Source: Heterodontus francisci (lineage: Eukaryota). From it: a stretch of DNA of 64,000 nt. The notes beneath the pieces were generated by a model. That model was not told the origin of the DNA and searched no databases. It saw nothing but the letters and a program-made list of their open reading frames with translations. Shown piece by piece: positions 22,101-34,845 of the stretch (its first letter is position 1; each line of letters begins with the position of its first letter). A program made the translations under genes and the position numbers. Where the stretch lies: the NCBI RefSeq assembly GCF_036365525.1, contig NC_090378.1, forward strand, positions 123,241,593-123,305,592, written 5' to 3'.

Positions 22101-22868
22101 CTCTCGATGCAGAAATCAACAAGCGCATGGGAAAGGCTTCCACTGCTATGTCCAGACTGGCCAAGAGAATGTGGGAAAATGGCGCACTGACACGGAACAC
22201 AAAAGTCCGAGTGTATCAAGCCTGTGTCCTCAGTACCTTGCTCCATGGCAGCGAGGCCTGGACAACGTATGTCAGCCAAGAGCCACGTCTCAATTCATTC
22301 CATCTTCGCTGCCTCCGGAGAATCCTTGCCATCAGGTGGCAGGACCGTATCTCCAACACAGAAGTCCTCGAGGCGGCCAACATCCCCAGCTTATACACAC
22401 TACTGAGTCAGCGGCGCTTGAGATGGCTTGGCCATGTGAGCCGCATGGAAGATGGCAGGATCCCCAAGGACACATTGCACAGCGAGCTCGCCACTGGTAT
22501 CAGACCCTCCGGCCGTCCATGTCTCCGCTTTAAAGACGTCTGCAAACGCGACATGAAGTCCTGTGACATTGATCACAAGTCGTGGGGGTCAGTTGCCAGC
22601 GATCGCCAGAGCTGGCGGGCAGCCATAAAGGCGGGGCTAAAGTGTGGCGAGTCAAAGAGACTTAGCAGTTGGCAGGAAAAAAGACAGAAGCGCAAGGAGA
22701 GAGCCAACTGTGTAACAGCCTCGACAACCAATTTTTTCTGCAGCACCTGTGGAAGAGTCTGTCACTCTAGAATTGGTCTTTATAGCTACTCCAGGCGCTG
22801 CTTTACAAACCACTGACCACCTCCAAGTGCTTACCCATTGTCTCCCGAGACAAGGAGGCCAAGGAAGA
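19100..22868 (+). mobile_element. Near full-length RTE-clade LINE (AP endonuclease + RT), lightly decayed
   Basis: ORF 19607-20971 has WNVRT, DIAALQET, GVGF, LLGDFNARVG, DTDH. RT blocks PGKDGI, NYRGISL, FIDLTKAFD, GVKQG, LFAD. C-terminal LRWLGHV and CSTCGRVCHSRIGL. A few stops and frameshifts; 5' boundary approximate. Confidence 0.92.
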
Positions 22869-25640
22869 TAGCCATTACAGGCTACAGGACGACATTGATT
22901 GGGACCTGAATATTGAAGGATATCTGGCATTTAGGAAGGACAGGAAGCTAGGAAACGGTGGAGGGGTAGCTCTGTTAATTAATGATGGCATTAGCGCAAT
23001 AGAGAGGGATGACCTAAGTTCAGGAGACCAGGATGATGAAGCAGTTTGGGTAGAGATGAGAAATCATAAAGACAAGAAGTCACATGTGGGAGTGGTGCAC
23101 AGGCTACCTAACATTAACTACACTGTGGGAAGGGGTATAAAGGAAGAAATAATGGCAGCTTGTCAGAAAGGTATAGTGATAATTGTGGGGGATTTTAACC
23201 TACATATAGACTGGAAAAATCAGATGGGCAGAGGTAGCCTAGATGAGTACATGGAATGATTTTGGGATAATTTCTTGGAACAATACGTTCAGGATCCAAC
23301 CAGAGAGCAGGCTATACTAGACCTGGTATTGTGGAATGAGATAGGAATAATTAATGACCTCATAGTTAAAGTGCCCCTAGGTAGCAGCGATCAGAACATG
23401 ACTGAATTTTACATTCAGTTTGAAGGAGAGAAGAGTGGGTCCAAGACTAGTATTTTAAACTTAAATAAGGGCAATTATGAGGGAATGAAAGCAGAGCGAG
23501 CTGAAGTGAACTAGCAAAGTAGGTTTAGGGATAGGTCAATAGAGATGCAGTGGCAGACTTTTAAGGGGATATTTCAGAATATGCAGAATAGGTACATTTC
23601 AACGAGACAGAAAAATTCCAAGGGTGGGACCCGCCATTCGTGGTTAAGTAAAACAGTTAAAGATATATAAAACTTAAAGAAAAAGCCTAAAATTGTGCAA
23701 AGATGGGAGGCAGGCCAGAAGATTGGACAGAATATAAAAAACAGCAAAGAAGGACTAAAAGATTGATAAGGAAGGTAAAGTTAGAGTACGAGAGAAAGCT
23801 AGCTAGAAATATAAAGATAGATAGTAAGAGCATCTATAAATATATTAAAAAGAAAAAAGTTAACAAAGTGAGCATTGGTCCTATAAAAAGTGAGTCCAGG
23901 GAATTATTGATGGATAATAAGGAGATGGCAGATGAATTGAAAATATATTTTGTATCAGCCTTTACTACTGAGTATACACGTAACATCCTAGTATTAGCTG
24001 TAAGTCAGGAAATGGAAGGGAGGGAGGAACTCAAGAAAATTACAATCATCAGGGACGTGGTACTGAACAAATTGTTGAAGCTGCGGGACGACAAGTCCCC
24101 AGGTCCTGATGGACTTCATCTTAGGGTATAAGAAGAAGTGGCTAGTGAGATAGTTGATGCGTTAGTTTTAATTTTCCAAATTTCCCGAGATTCAGGGAAG
24201 GTTCCTTTAGATTGGAAAATAGCAAATGTAACTCCTTTATTCAAAAAGGGAGGGAGACAGAAAGCAGGAAACTACAGGCCAGTTAGCTTAACATCTGTCT
24301 TAGGGAATATGTTTGAAGTTATTATTAAAGATGTTATAGCAGGGTATTTAGAAAAATTCAAGGTAATCAGGAAGACTCAACATGGTTTTGTGAAAGGGAA
24401 ATCATGTTTAACCAAGTTATTGGAGTTCTTTGAGGGAGTTACATGTGCTGTGGATAAAGGGGAACCAGTGGATGTATTGTACTTGGATTCCCAGAAGGCA
24501 TTTGATAAGGTGCTACATCAAAGGTTATTGCAGAAAATAAAAGCTCATGGTGTAGGGGGTAACATATTGGCATGGATAGAAGATTGGTTAGCTAACAGCA
24601 AACAGACAGTAGGCATAAATGGGTCATTTTCTGGTTGGCAAGATGTAACAGGTGGTGTGCCACAGGGATCTGTGCTGGGGGCCTCAACTTTTTACAATTT
24701 ATATAAATGACTTAGATGAAGGTATGGTCGCTAAATTTGCTGAGGACAGAAAGATAGGTAGGAAAGTAACTTGTGAAAAGGACATAAGGAGGCTACAAAG
24801 AAATACAGATCGGTTAAGTGAGTGGGCAAAGACCTGGGAAATGGAGTATAATGTGGGAAAGTGGGAAATTGTCCACTTTGGCAGGAAGAATAAAACAGAA
24901 GCATATTATCTAAATTGTGAGAGATTGCAGAGCTCTGAGATGCAGAAGAATCTGGGTGTCCTAGTGCATGAGTCAATGAATCGCAAAAGGTTAGTATGCA
25001 GATACAGCACGTAATTAGGAAAGCTAATAGAATGTTATCATTTATCACAAGGGGAATTGAATACAAAAGTAGGGAGGTTATGCTTCAGCTATACAGGACA
25101 TTGGTGAAACCACATCTGGAGTACTGTGTACAGTACTGGTCTCCTTATTTAAGGAAGGATGTAAATGCTTTGGAGGCAGTACAGAGAAGGTTTACTAGAC
25201 TGATACCTGGAATGGGTGGCCTGTCTTCCGAGGAAAGATTGGACAGGCTAGGTTGTATCCGCTGGAATTTAGAAAAGTAAGAGGCGTCTTGATTGAAACA
25301 TATAAGATCCTGGGGGGTCTTGACAGGGTGGATGTGGAAAGGATGTTTTCCCTTGTGGAAGAATCTCAAACTAGGGGTCAGAGATGAGGAGAAATCTTTT
25401 CTCTCAGAGGATCGTGAGTCTTTGGAATTCTCTTCCTCAAAAGGCAGTGGAAGCAGAGTCTTTGAATATTTTTACGGAAGAGGTAGATAGATTCTTGATA
25501 AGCAAGGGGGTGGAAGGTTATCGGGGGTAGGTGGAAATGTGGAGTAATCAGTTCAGCCATGAACTTATTGAATGGCGGAGCAGGTTCGAGGGGTCGAGTG
25601 GTCTACTCCTGCTCTGAATTTGTATGTCCGTATGTTCTCA
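22869..25640 (+). mobile_element. CR1 LINE ORF2 (EN to 3' end), decayed, 5'-truncated
   Basis: RKDR..GGGVAL, GDFNLHIDW, KSPGPDGLH, NYRPVSLTS, QHGFVKGKSCLT, GVPQGSVLG, LVKPHLEYCVQYWSP. Confidence 0.93.
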
Positions 25641-25880
25641 GTAATGGTGACTATGAAACCATTGTAGATTGTCATAAAAACCCATCTGGTTCACTAATGT
25701 CCTTTAGGGAAGGAAATCTGCTGTCCTTATCTGGTCTGGCCTATGTATGACTCCAGACCCACAGCAATGTGGTTGACTCTTAAATGCCCTCTGAAATGGC
25801 CTGGCAAGCCATTCAGTTGTACCAAATCACAAGAGAAAAGTCGAAAAGGAATGAAACTGGACAGACCTCCAGCATCAACC
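25640..25880 (+). mobile_element. Fragment of a common elasmobranch SINE-like repeat
   Basis: aaaaacccatctggttcactaatgtcctttagggaaggaaatctg...gactccagacccacagcaatgtggttgactct; recognised as a dispersed shark repeat, family not assigned. Confidence 0.5.
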
Positions 25881-25884
25881 GAGG

Positions 25885-28310
25885 TGTAGTATAAGGATGT
25901 AAAGAGTTAATACCAAAGACAATGAGACCCCTCCCACTGTGCAAGTGATGATGTAACAGTCACATGAGATAGACTTGAGAAGGAGAAGGTATAGCAGCAC
26001 GAAGGATACTAGTTTAAGTGGCTTGTGGAGAGTGTATATAGCAACTGTGAATAATAAAGAGTTATTGTTAACCTTTACCGGAATTGAAGACTTTCTGTAG
26101 AACGCCCTTAAAAACTACTAATACAAACACGACAACGCAATATGGTGGCTGCTGTGAAAGGGATCAGGAGAATTTGAAGAACGGTCAGTGACCCGAAACG
26201 TTACCTCTGCTTCTCTTTCCACAGATGCTGCCAGACCTGCTGAGTGGTTGCAGCATTTCTTGTTTTTATTTCAGACTTCCAGCATCCGCAGTATTTTGCT
26301 ATTATTATAGGAGAATTTGAAGATCTCCTTACCTTTTGAAGGAACACCAGGGGTAAAGCAGAGAAATTTAAAGATAAATACTGGTCCAGTACAGTAAGAA
26401 AATGACTTACTGGCAGAAGAGGCTGTGAAGAGGCTCTGGAGACCACACCACAGCAATGGGAGGCTCTGCGTCAGTACATCCAGCACATCCAGCGGTTGGG
26501 TCTGAGTCTTCATGCCAGACGACGATCCAGGATCGGTGGGACAGTGAAATTGGCCATTTGTTTAAACGGTGCACTGGGAAAAAAATCAGGTGCAGAAAGA
26601 GATCTCAGTCGAATCGGCGACGAGAGGTGAGTACAGTGGCAGCCATTGCTCAGCCTCACCGAGGGAAAAAAGCTTGGTATTTGTCAGAAAGTGCGTGAAA
26701 GGTCGGAGAGCGTGGGAAAGCCCCAAACAGAACGCAAACACCTCGAGCCAAGGACCACCTTAGCAAAGTCTAAAAAACGAAAGGAAGCAATATGGATCCA
26801 AAATTGGGAATGCCTGAGAGTTTCCAGAACCAAGAAGGTCTCAATCAGGTCCAAAATTGGCTAATATGGAGAATAAGGTTCTTAATATTCAGAATTGCTT
26901 CTCAACTCCAGACCAAATCTGAAATGGAGCAAGTGAACACCCTCCTGTATTCAGTAGGTGCAATAGCAGACAATGTAACTGTCCGACAAGGGATCAATGA
27001 GGCTTCTGATAAATTCAAAAATTACTCCAAGCTTTTGATAAATATTTTAATCTGCCTACCAATGAAATTTTGAAAAGAGCCAAATTTAATAAGTGGGTGC
27101 AGATGATTGGAGAGTCTGTAGATTCCTATATTAATGACCTGTACAAATTGTCAGAAGGTTGTGAACACAGTGAATGAAAAGCAGAACTAATCAGAGACAG
27201 GATAGTCATCGGCACAGCGGATGAATCCTTGTCAGACCTGTTGCAATCCAAGGAAGACCTTACACTGGAAAAGGCCATTCAAATTATAAGACAGGCTGAG
27301 GTTCACAAACAGAATAGGGACATTCTACGAGCTGAAGACAAGCTGTGGATGAGAAGGAGTCCAATTCCCAACCAACTGGTGAAGCCAAAGCCAGGGAAAA
27401 ACTTTGAGGAACAGAAAAAAAATCCAGGTGAGAAGATGCATGACACAGGAAAACCTTGTCAATGTTGTGGAGCCAAGAAGACCCACAGACGAGAGCAGTG
27501 CCCAGCAAGTAAAGCTGAGTGTTTTAATTATGGGAAGATGTGCCACAGCAAAATCTCTGCACTTAAAAGTACAAAGCAGAAAACCTTCACTCAAACAGCA
27601 GTGAATCAAGTACAGCAATATCCACAAGGGCAAGTACCAGGAGAGCTCTTGGGAGAAATCAATAATACAGACCAAAATTTCTGGACAGCAGACATCTCTG
27701 TGAATGGACGCCTCATGAAGTTTAAGCTTGACACAGGGGCGAGTATCATGGTATTGTCTGACCAAGATCCTTGGGTGAAGAGACATTACCTGCAACTGAC
27801 AGATATACAATTGCACGGTCCTGGCAGGACATAACTGTGAGTAAAAGGCAAACTCCAAGAAACTCTTCAGCACAGCGGCAGACAACTGGTAGAGAACTTG
27901 CATTTCTTGCACAATCAAGCATTTTCTTTACTAAGCAGGAATGTCTGCTGACAACTGCAGTTGATTAAAAATGTAGCCAAAGTCAAGCAAACAAAGGCTA
28001 ACAATTCCTTTCAAACAGAATTCCTGAAGCTGTGCAAAGGGCTCAGAAAACTAAAGACGGAGTACAGGATCACTCTGAAGGAAGGGGACAAATCAGTGTG
28101 TATCTTCACACAAAGAGGAATACCTCATCCCTTATTAAACAAAGCCCAAAAACAATTGGAGGAGGTGACAAGAATGGGCATTATCTCTCTGGTAAGGCAA
28201 CCAATGAACTGGTGATTAGCCATGGTTCCTGTCCTGAAGACAAATGAAACTCTGCGAATATGTGTGGATTTAACGCGGCTCAACAAAGCAGTAGTGTGTG
28301 AGATTCACTC
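25885..28310 (+). mobile_element. Ty3/Gypsy LTR retrotransposon, 5' part (LTR, PBS, gag, protease, start of RT)
   Basis: LTR from TGTAGT (25885) to ~26142 with AATAAA. PBS TGGTGGCTGCTGTG resembles the tRNA-Leu 3' complement. Gag W..WR.RF..FRIAS..EQVNTLLY and Zn knuckle CQCCG..H..CPA..C; protease FKLDTGA; RT LRICVDLTRLNK. 3'-truncated. Confidence 0.9.
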
Positions 28311-28312
28311 AA

Positions 28313-28575
28313 TGGGCTGGATTTTACCGTAGGCGGACGAGACTTCACCACTGACTTTTACGCATAGCCCGGGGATCCAACCTGCATTTTACGGGTCCCT
28401 GGGATTTAATTGTTCCGAGGCAGGACTTCCACCCACTTGAGGGAGGAGATCCTGCCTCAGTAACTTGCCGACCAATCAGTGGGCCGGCAGCTCTTAGTCC
28501 CAGCAGCTCCACTGGGAGTGGTGGCCACTGCTGAGACTGCAGCCCGTCCAATGCTATGGAGCCAGGAGTTCAGGC
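28313..28575 (+). mobile_element. Non-autonomous DNA transposon fragment (Harbinger-like terminus GGGCTGGATTTT)
   Basis: The same terminus occurs at 60182 and, inverted, at 44707-44718 (AAAATTCAGCCC). Confidence 0.5.
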
Positions 28576-31342
28576 GTGTCGAACAGCAGAAGCAGCATGT
28601 GATAGAGATAAATGATCCCACAAGCAAAGGATCAGATCTAAGCTCTGCAGTGCTGCCATATCTACTCGTGAATGACGGTGGACAATTAAACAACTAACTG
28701 GGCGAGGAGGCTTGTTACAACTGTAATGGGAGCAACACACTGTTAATTCAGTCCCGTCACTCCGCAGGTCGTAGCATATTATTAAGCTTTCACACCCAAT
28801 CGGAAAACTGCCAAATTAAACAGTAACCCCAGAATGAAACAGATCAAACCAGGCATGTTTAGACAACAATAAATTAACTATTTATTAAAATGCAATCTTA
28901 AACACTATTAAGATAAACCTATTCTAAAGACCTTATAACTTATATTAATCTAACTCCCACATTCACACACATATACTCAGAAGTAACAATAGTTAACTGT
29001 TTTTTTTATTAAAGTGGAATTTTTAAAAATTAGCTGTCTCTTAAGTATAAATAAAATAAGAAAGTGTTTGTGGATTATGTTCCTGGTGGATGAGGTCTTC
29101 TAAAGTGAAAATAGTCAAAGGTCATTTGCGGTCTTATCATGGATCTGGTGAAAACAGTCCTTCAGAAGATAGGCATTCAACTCTTCAGCTGTAGCACACA
29201 TTAAACAGTTCTTTGAACGATGAGCACAGCAATACAAATAATTTATTGAGGAAGAAAAGCTTTTCTTCTTTACTCAGGAATGAACGTGGCTTGTAGCACC
29301 TTGTAGAATTTTTCTGAGAGAAAATAATACAGCTCCTTTTCTTCAGATCGCCTCACTGGAAAGTCTCTCAAAAACTAACTGGTCTCAGCCGGTTTCTGCC
29401 AGTTTCACACACAGTTAAAATGGAAACATTACCATGTGACCTTTCTCTCTCCTGCTGTTGCCCATTTTAACAAAAATGCAGCTGGTGCACTGTGTCTCCA
29501 GGAATTCTAAAACATTCTCTCCCTTGGAGGTGCACTGTTGTTAACAGCGTCTTAAAGGCACGCACACTGTTTTTAATCTGAGAAGAAAAATAATTAAAGG
29601 TCTGTGACAGGCTCCACAAACATCCCCATCCTCAACTATGGGGGAGCCCAGCATCTCTGTGTGCAAGACAAGGCTGAAACATTTGCATCCATCTTCAGCT
29701 AGAAGTCAATGATTCATCTTGGCCTCTTCCTGAGGTCCTGAACACCATAGATGCCAGTCTTCAGCCAATTTGATTCACTTCATGTGATATCAAGAAACGA
29801 CTGAAGGCACTGGATAGAGCAAAGGCTATGGGCCCTGACAACATTTCGGCAATAGAACTGAAGACTTGTGCTCCAGAACAATCAGCGCCCCTAACAAAGC
29901 TATTCCAGAACAGCTACAGCACTGGCATCTATCCGACAATGTGGAAAATTGGCCAGGTGTGTCCTGTTCACAAAAAGCAGGACAAATTCAACCCAACCAA
30001 TTACTGCCCTATCAGTTTACTCACGATCATCAGCAAAGTGATGGAAGGGGTCGTCGACAGTGCTATCAAGTGGCACGTGCTCAGCAATAACCTGCTCACT
30101 GACACTCAGTTTGGGTTCTGCCAGGGCCACTCAGCTCTTGACCTCATTACAGCCTTGATTGAAACATGGACAAAAGAGCTAAACTCCAGAGGTGAGGTGG
30201 GAGTGACCGCCTTTGACACTATTGACCGAGTATGGCATCAAAGAGCCCTCGTAAAACTGGAGTCAATGGGAATCAGTGGAAAAACTCTCCACTGGTTAGA
30301 TTCAGACCTAGCATGAAGGAAGATGGTTGTGGTTGTTGGAGGTCAATCATCTCAGTTCTAGGATATCTCTGCAGGAGTTCCTCAGGGTAGTGTCCTAGGC
30401 CCAACCATCTTCAGCTCTTTCATCAATGACCTTTCCTCCACTTTAAGGTCAGAAGTGAAGATGTTTGCTGACGATTGAACAATATTCAACACCATTCGTG
30501 ACTCCTCAGAGACTGAAGCAGTACCTGGACAACATTCAGGCTTGTGCTGATAAGTGGCAAGTTACATTTGCGCCACACAAGTGCTAGGTACTGATCACAT
30601 CAAACAAGAGAGAATCTAACCATCTTCCCTTGACATTCAATGGCATTACTATCGCAAAATCCCCCACAATCAACATCCTGGGGGTTACCATTGACCAGAA
30701 AATGAACTGCACCAGCCACAGAAATACTATGGCTACAAGAACATGTCAGAGGCTAGGAATTCTGCAGTGAGTAACTCACCTCCTGACTCCGTAAAGGCTC
30801 TCCACCATATACAAGGCATATGTCAGGAGTGTGATGGAATACCCTCCAATTGCCTGGATGAGAGCAGCTCCAACAACAATTAAGAAGCTTGACACCATCC
30901 AGGACAAAGCAGCCCACTTGATTGGCACCCCATCCACAAACATTCACTCCCTCCACCACTGACGCACACTGGCAGCTGTATGTACCATCTACAAGATGCA
31001 CTGCAGCAAAGCACCAAGGCTCCTTTGACAGCACCTTCCAAATCTACAATCTATATCACCTAGAAGGATAAGGACAGCAGATGCATGGGAACACCACCAC
31101 CTGCAAGTTCCCCTCCAAGGCACACACCATCCTGACTTAGAACTATATTGCTGTTGCTTCACTGTTACTGGGTCAAAATTCTGGAACTCCCTTTACAACA
31201 GCACTGTGGGTGTACATACACCACAAAGACTGCAGCGGTTCAAGAAGGAGGCTCACCACCATCTTCTCAAGGGCAATTAGGGATGGGCAATAAATGCTGG
31301 CTGAGCCAGCGACACCCACATCCCGTGATAGAATAAAAAAAA
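28575..31342 (+). mobile_element. CR1-group LINE (second family), RT to 3' end, interrupted by a solo LTR
   Basis: KAMGPDNI, YCPISLL.IISKVME, QFGF, GVPQGSVLGP, MFADD. 3' end gggcaattagggatgggcaataaatgctgg...cccacatcccgtga..aataaaaaaa. Confidence 0.88.
28713..29609. mobile_element. Solo LTR
   Basis: TGTTAC...GTGACA termini with 4-bp TSD GGCT (28709-28712 and 29610-29613). Removing it restores the LINE sequence ggaggaggctccacaaa. Confidence 0.88.
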
Positions 31343-31489
31343 GTATTTTTCTTCTTTCTAAAATGGGGCAGTGTAAACTGGTACTGGGGAAATATAAGTA
31401 ATGTATAAACTTGTAGCTTAATGAGTTAAACAAATTAATATAACTACAAATTATCATTCAGTAATATTTTTAAACTTGAAACACAATCG

Positions 31490-31745
31490 AGATGTCAGGG
31501 CAGGTGATGTGTTGCAGCTGTAGCAAGTGGAAGCTGGTGGATGCCAGTGTGATTCACTGAAACCACATCTGCAGTAAGTGTCTGCAGCTCGAGGAACTTC
31601 AGCTCAGAGTTGACGAGCTGGAGTTCGAGACTCAGACACTGCGAGGCATCAGGGAGTGGGGGAAAGTTACCTGGACACTTTGTTCCAGGAGGTAGTCACA
31701 CCCCTTAGGCTTGGTATTTCAGATTTGGTACTTAAACGGCCGCCT
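31490..31745 (+). mobile_element. CR1 ORF1 N-terminal fragment (Zn finger / leucine zipper)
   Basis: MSGQVMCCSCSKW...HICSKCLQLEELQLRVDELE. Confidence 0.7.
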
Positions 31746-32126
31746 GTTTCAAAAGGCTGGGTCTACATGGAAGACAGGGTCACCTGGAAACAAAGTGTAC
31801 AGCCAGAGCAGCATTGGGGGAGGTGGTGTCTGTGACCTGAGTGTAGGAGCAGGCAGAGGGAGACGTGTCGATCTGGATTGTCTTGCTGAACTTTATTGCT
31901 TCGGACTATAAACTTGGTATAAATGAAAATGCAGGGAACTTTGCCCACTGCTGGCCTTTGCTAAGGTTCCGTCATACTCATTTCAATGGGCCATGTTGCT
32001 GTTTCACATTATCTTCTTTCTTGCACATATCCCTTTCATGTTGCTGTGTTCCATGTTGGCCATCAAATGAGTCACATATCAGCTGCGTGTTTGCACGAGT
32101 TGTTTGGGGCACTTTGGTAGAACATA

Positions 32127-33080
32127 TGGGGCTAGAATTTGGTTAGCCCCAAGTTTTGGACATGGAGGTCATGACTTGTGACCTGTCTGCGTCCATTCAG
32201 TTCAAGGTGGACAACACAAGCATCATGTCGCCACCTCAACTGAAAGATTATGGCATTGGCCTGAGCAGCTTCCGCTTTGATGTCTGATCCTGAACACTGC
32301 CTGTGGCCCCTACACACAGCAGGAGGGCCCAGCAGCATTGTTTGTAGGTCACATTGCCCAGCCAGCTTACTCTTCTTAAAGGCAGTCTGTCCCTCTTAAA
32401 GGAAAGCTGCATCATTATTTTTGTGCAATGCAAATTAGTATAACGTAAACACCAGGGTAGACAGAGGATTCCAGAGTGACAGATGCAGTGCTGGAAGCAT
32501 TAGTGGAGCAGGTGAGAAGGAGGAGAGATTCCGTGGTTCTGCAGGGAGCTAGGAGACCCTCAAGGACACCCCTCAGATGGAAGTGGGAGCTGGTGGCCAG
32601 AAAGGTCAACTCTCAGAGTCTGGACCCAAGGACCTGATAGCAGCGTCGCAAGAAGTCTAATGAGCTCATGCAGTTGGTCAGAACATGAAATCTCCGACCC
32701 ACCACACCATCAACACTTCACGCTGCTCAATGCATCCCCATCACTCATCTGACAACATTCGCTGGCACTCAGGACTCAGGTCTAATAATCAGATATTCCA
32801 CCACAACCTTCACACACCTAACAATGCTGCCAGCCTCACACCCACCTCTCACTGCCTTCACATATCTCCAGCTATTCAGCTATGGCAGACACATTACCCA
32901 AATACAGTGCTACACAAGCAGTGACATTCTGACCTCTCTCTTGCAAGACAAGGTAGTACACAATAGAATGGAGCATGGGCAAATCCAGTGGCAGAATAAG
33001 ACGCCTGCATCTCCTGAGCCCTATGGATTGATTGCAATGGGGCCCTTGGCATCTGGCATCATGGAGAACATTGACAATGT
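32127..33080 (+). mobile_element. PIF/Harbinger remnant with Myb/SANT-like ORF
   Basis: At 32470-32670: RVTDAVLEALVEQVRRRRD...WELVARKVNSQS..PRT..Q.RKK.NEL, homologous to the Myb ORF at 49660-49900. Confidence 0.7.
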
Positions 33081-34130
33081 GGATCCAAAATTGGCTTCGT
33101 GGCAGGAGGCAGAGGGTTGTTTTTGTGAGTCGAAGCCTGTGACCAGTGGTGTACCTCAGGGATCGGTGCTGAGACCCTTGCTGTTTGTAGTGTACATTAA
33201 CGATTTAGACGTGAATATAGGAGGTATGCTAAGGAAGTTCGCAGATGACATTAAAATTGGTGGTGTCGTAAATAGTGAGGAGGAAAGCCTTAGATTATGG
33301 GACGATATAGATGGGCTGGTAAGATGGGCAGAGCAGTGGCAAATGGAATTTAATCCTGAGAAGTGTGAGGTGATGCATTTTGGGTGGACTAACAAGGTAA
33401 GGGAATATACAATGGATGGGAGGACCCTAGGAAGTACAGAAAGTCAGAGGGATCTCGGTGTACTTGTCTATAGATCACTGAAGGCAGCAGCACAGTTAGA
33501 TAAGGTGGTTAGGAAGGCATATGGGACACTTGCTTTTATCAGCCGAGGCAGAGAATATAAGAGCAGGGAGGTTATGATGGAGCTGTATAAAATGCTAGTT
33601 AGGCCACAGCTGAAGTACTGTGTACAGTTCTGGGCACCACATTACAGGAAGGATGTGATTGCACTGGAGAGGGTGCAGAGGAGATTCACCAGGATGTTGC
33701 CTGGGCTGGAGCATTTCAGCTATGAAGAGAGACTGAAAAGGCGAGGGTTGTTTTCCTTAGAGCAGAGAAGGCTGACAGGGGACATGACTGAGGTATAGAA
33801 AATTATGAGGGGCATTGATAGGTTAGATGGGAAAAAAAATGTTTCCCTTAGCAGAGGGATCAATAACCAGGGAGCATAGATTTAAGGTAAGGGGCAGGAG
33901 GTTTAGAGGGGATTTGAGGAAAATTGGAATTTGGAACAGACTGCCTGAAGGAGTGGTAGAGGCAGGAACCCTCACAACATTTAAGAAGTATTTAGATGAA
34001 CACTTGAAACGCCATAGCATTTAAGGCTATGAGCCAAGTGCTGGAAAATGGGATTAGAATAGTTCGGTGCTTGATGGTTGGCATGGACAAGATGGGCCGA
34101 AGGGCCTGTTTCTGTCCTGTATAATTCTAT
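33080..34130 (+). mobile_element. CR1 LINE 3' fragment (RT C-terminal half)
   Basis: VTSGVPQGSVL.PLLF..YINDLD, KFADD, WQMEFNPEKC, LVRPQL.YCVQFW; 3' tail gggccgaagggcctgtttct. Confidence 0.92.
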
Positions 34131-34384
34131 GACTCTGTGGAAAGGTCACCTCATTCTCTGCCCTCCTGTCCCTCACCATGAGGATGCAGCAACACTCTCT
34201 AGTAAATCCAAGAACTCTCAAAAATACTCCAGAGTACTTCCAGACATTTTGCAACGGAAAAGTTGCAAAAAAATGACCTTACCTGCAATCAGGGTGCCTA
34301 ACCCTTGAAATAACGTTAATGCAGAGTCCATCTTGCTGCTTCGTGCTTGTTTTTTCTTGAGTGAACAATGCAGACACGATCTGG

Positions 34385-34490
34385 ACCGAGTTCAGATGAA
34401 AGATCACAGACCTGAAATGTTAACTCTGTTTCTCTCCTCACAGATGCTGCCAGAACTGCTGAGTGTTTCCAGCAGTTTCTGTTTTTATTC
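34385..34490 (+). mobile_element. Penelope-like element terminal-repeat fragment
   Basis: gatgaaagatcacagacctgaaatgttaactctgtttctct..cagatgctgcc.gactgctgag; related copies at 26171-26300, 52156-52280 and 61725-61930. Confidence 0.6.
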
Positions 34491-34529
34491 CTCCCTGTAC
34501 ATTCTTTGCCCAAATTTGGGACTTTATTT

Positions 34530-34845
34530 ATTTATTTAGAGATACAGCACTGAAACAGGCCCTTCGGCCCACCGAGTCTGTGCAGACCAACAACACCCAT
34601 TTATACTAACCCTACACTAACCCCATATTCTCTACCACATCCCCACCATTCTCCTACCAACTACCTACACTAGGGGCAATTTACAATGGCCAATTTACCT
34701 ATCAACCTGCAAGTCGTTTGGCGGTGGAAATCCATGCAGACACAGGGAGAACTTGCAAACTCCGCACAGGCAGTACCCAGAATCGAACCCGGGTCTCTGG
34801 TGCTGTGAGGCTGCGGTGCTAACCACTGCGTCACTGTGCCGCCCA
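34530..34845 (-). mobile_element. HE1-like tRNA-derived V-SINE
   Basis: Minus strand: A box ggcacagtg.cgcagtggttagcac, B box gggttcgattc, CR1-type tail gggccgaagggcctgtttcagtgctgtatctc(taaa)n. Confidence 0.85.

Noticed and set aside
32824-33798. 324-aa ORF as a novel fusion gene
   Set aside because: Chance in-frame junction of a Harbinger remnant and a truncated CR1 RT.
34780-34845. tRNA genes (also ~41300-41366, ~45004-45065, ~2255-2320)
   Set aside because: tRNA-like heads of SINEs, continuous with SINE bodies and LINE-derived tails.
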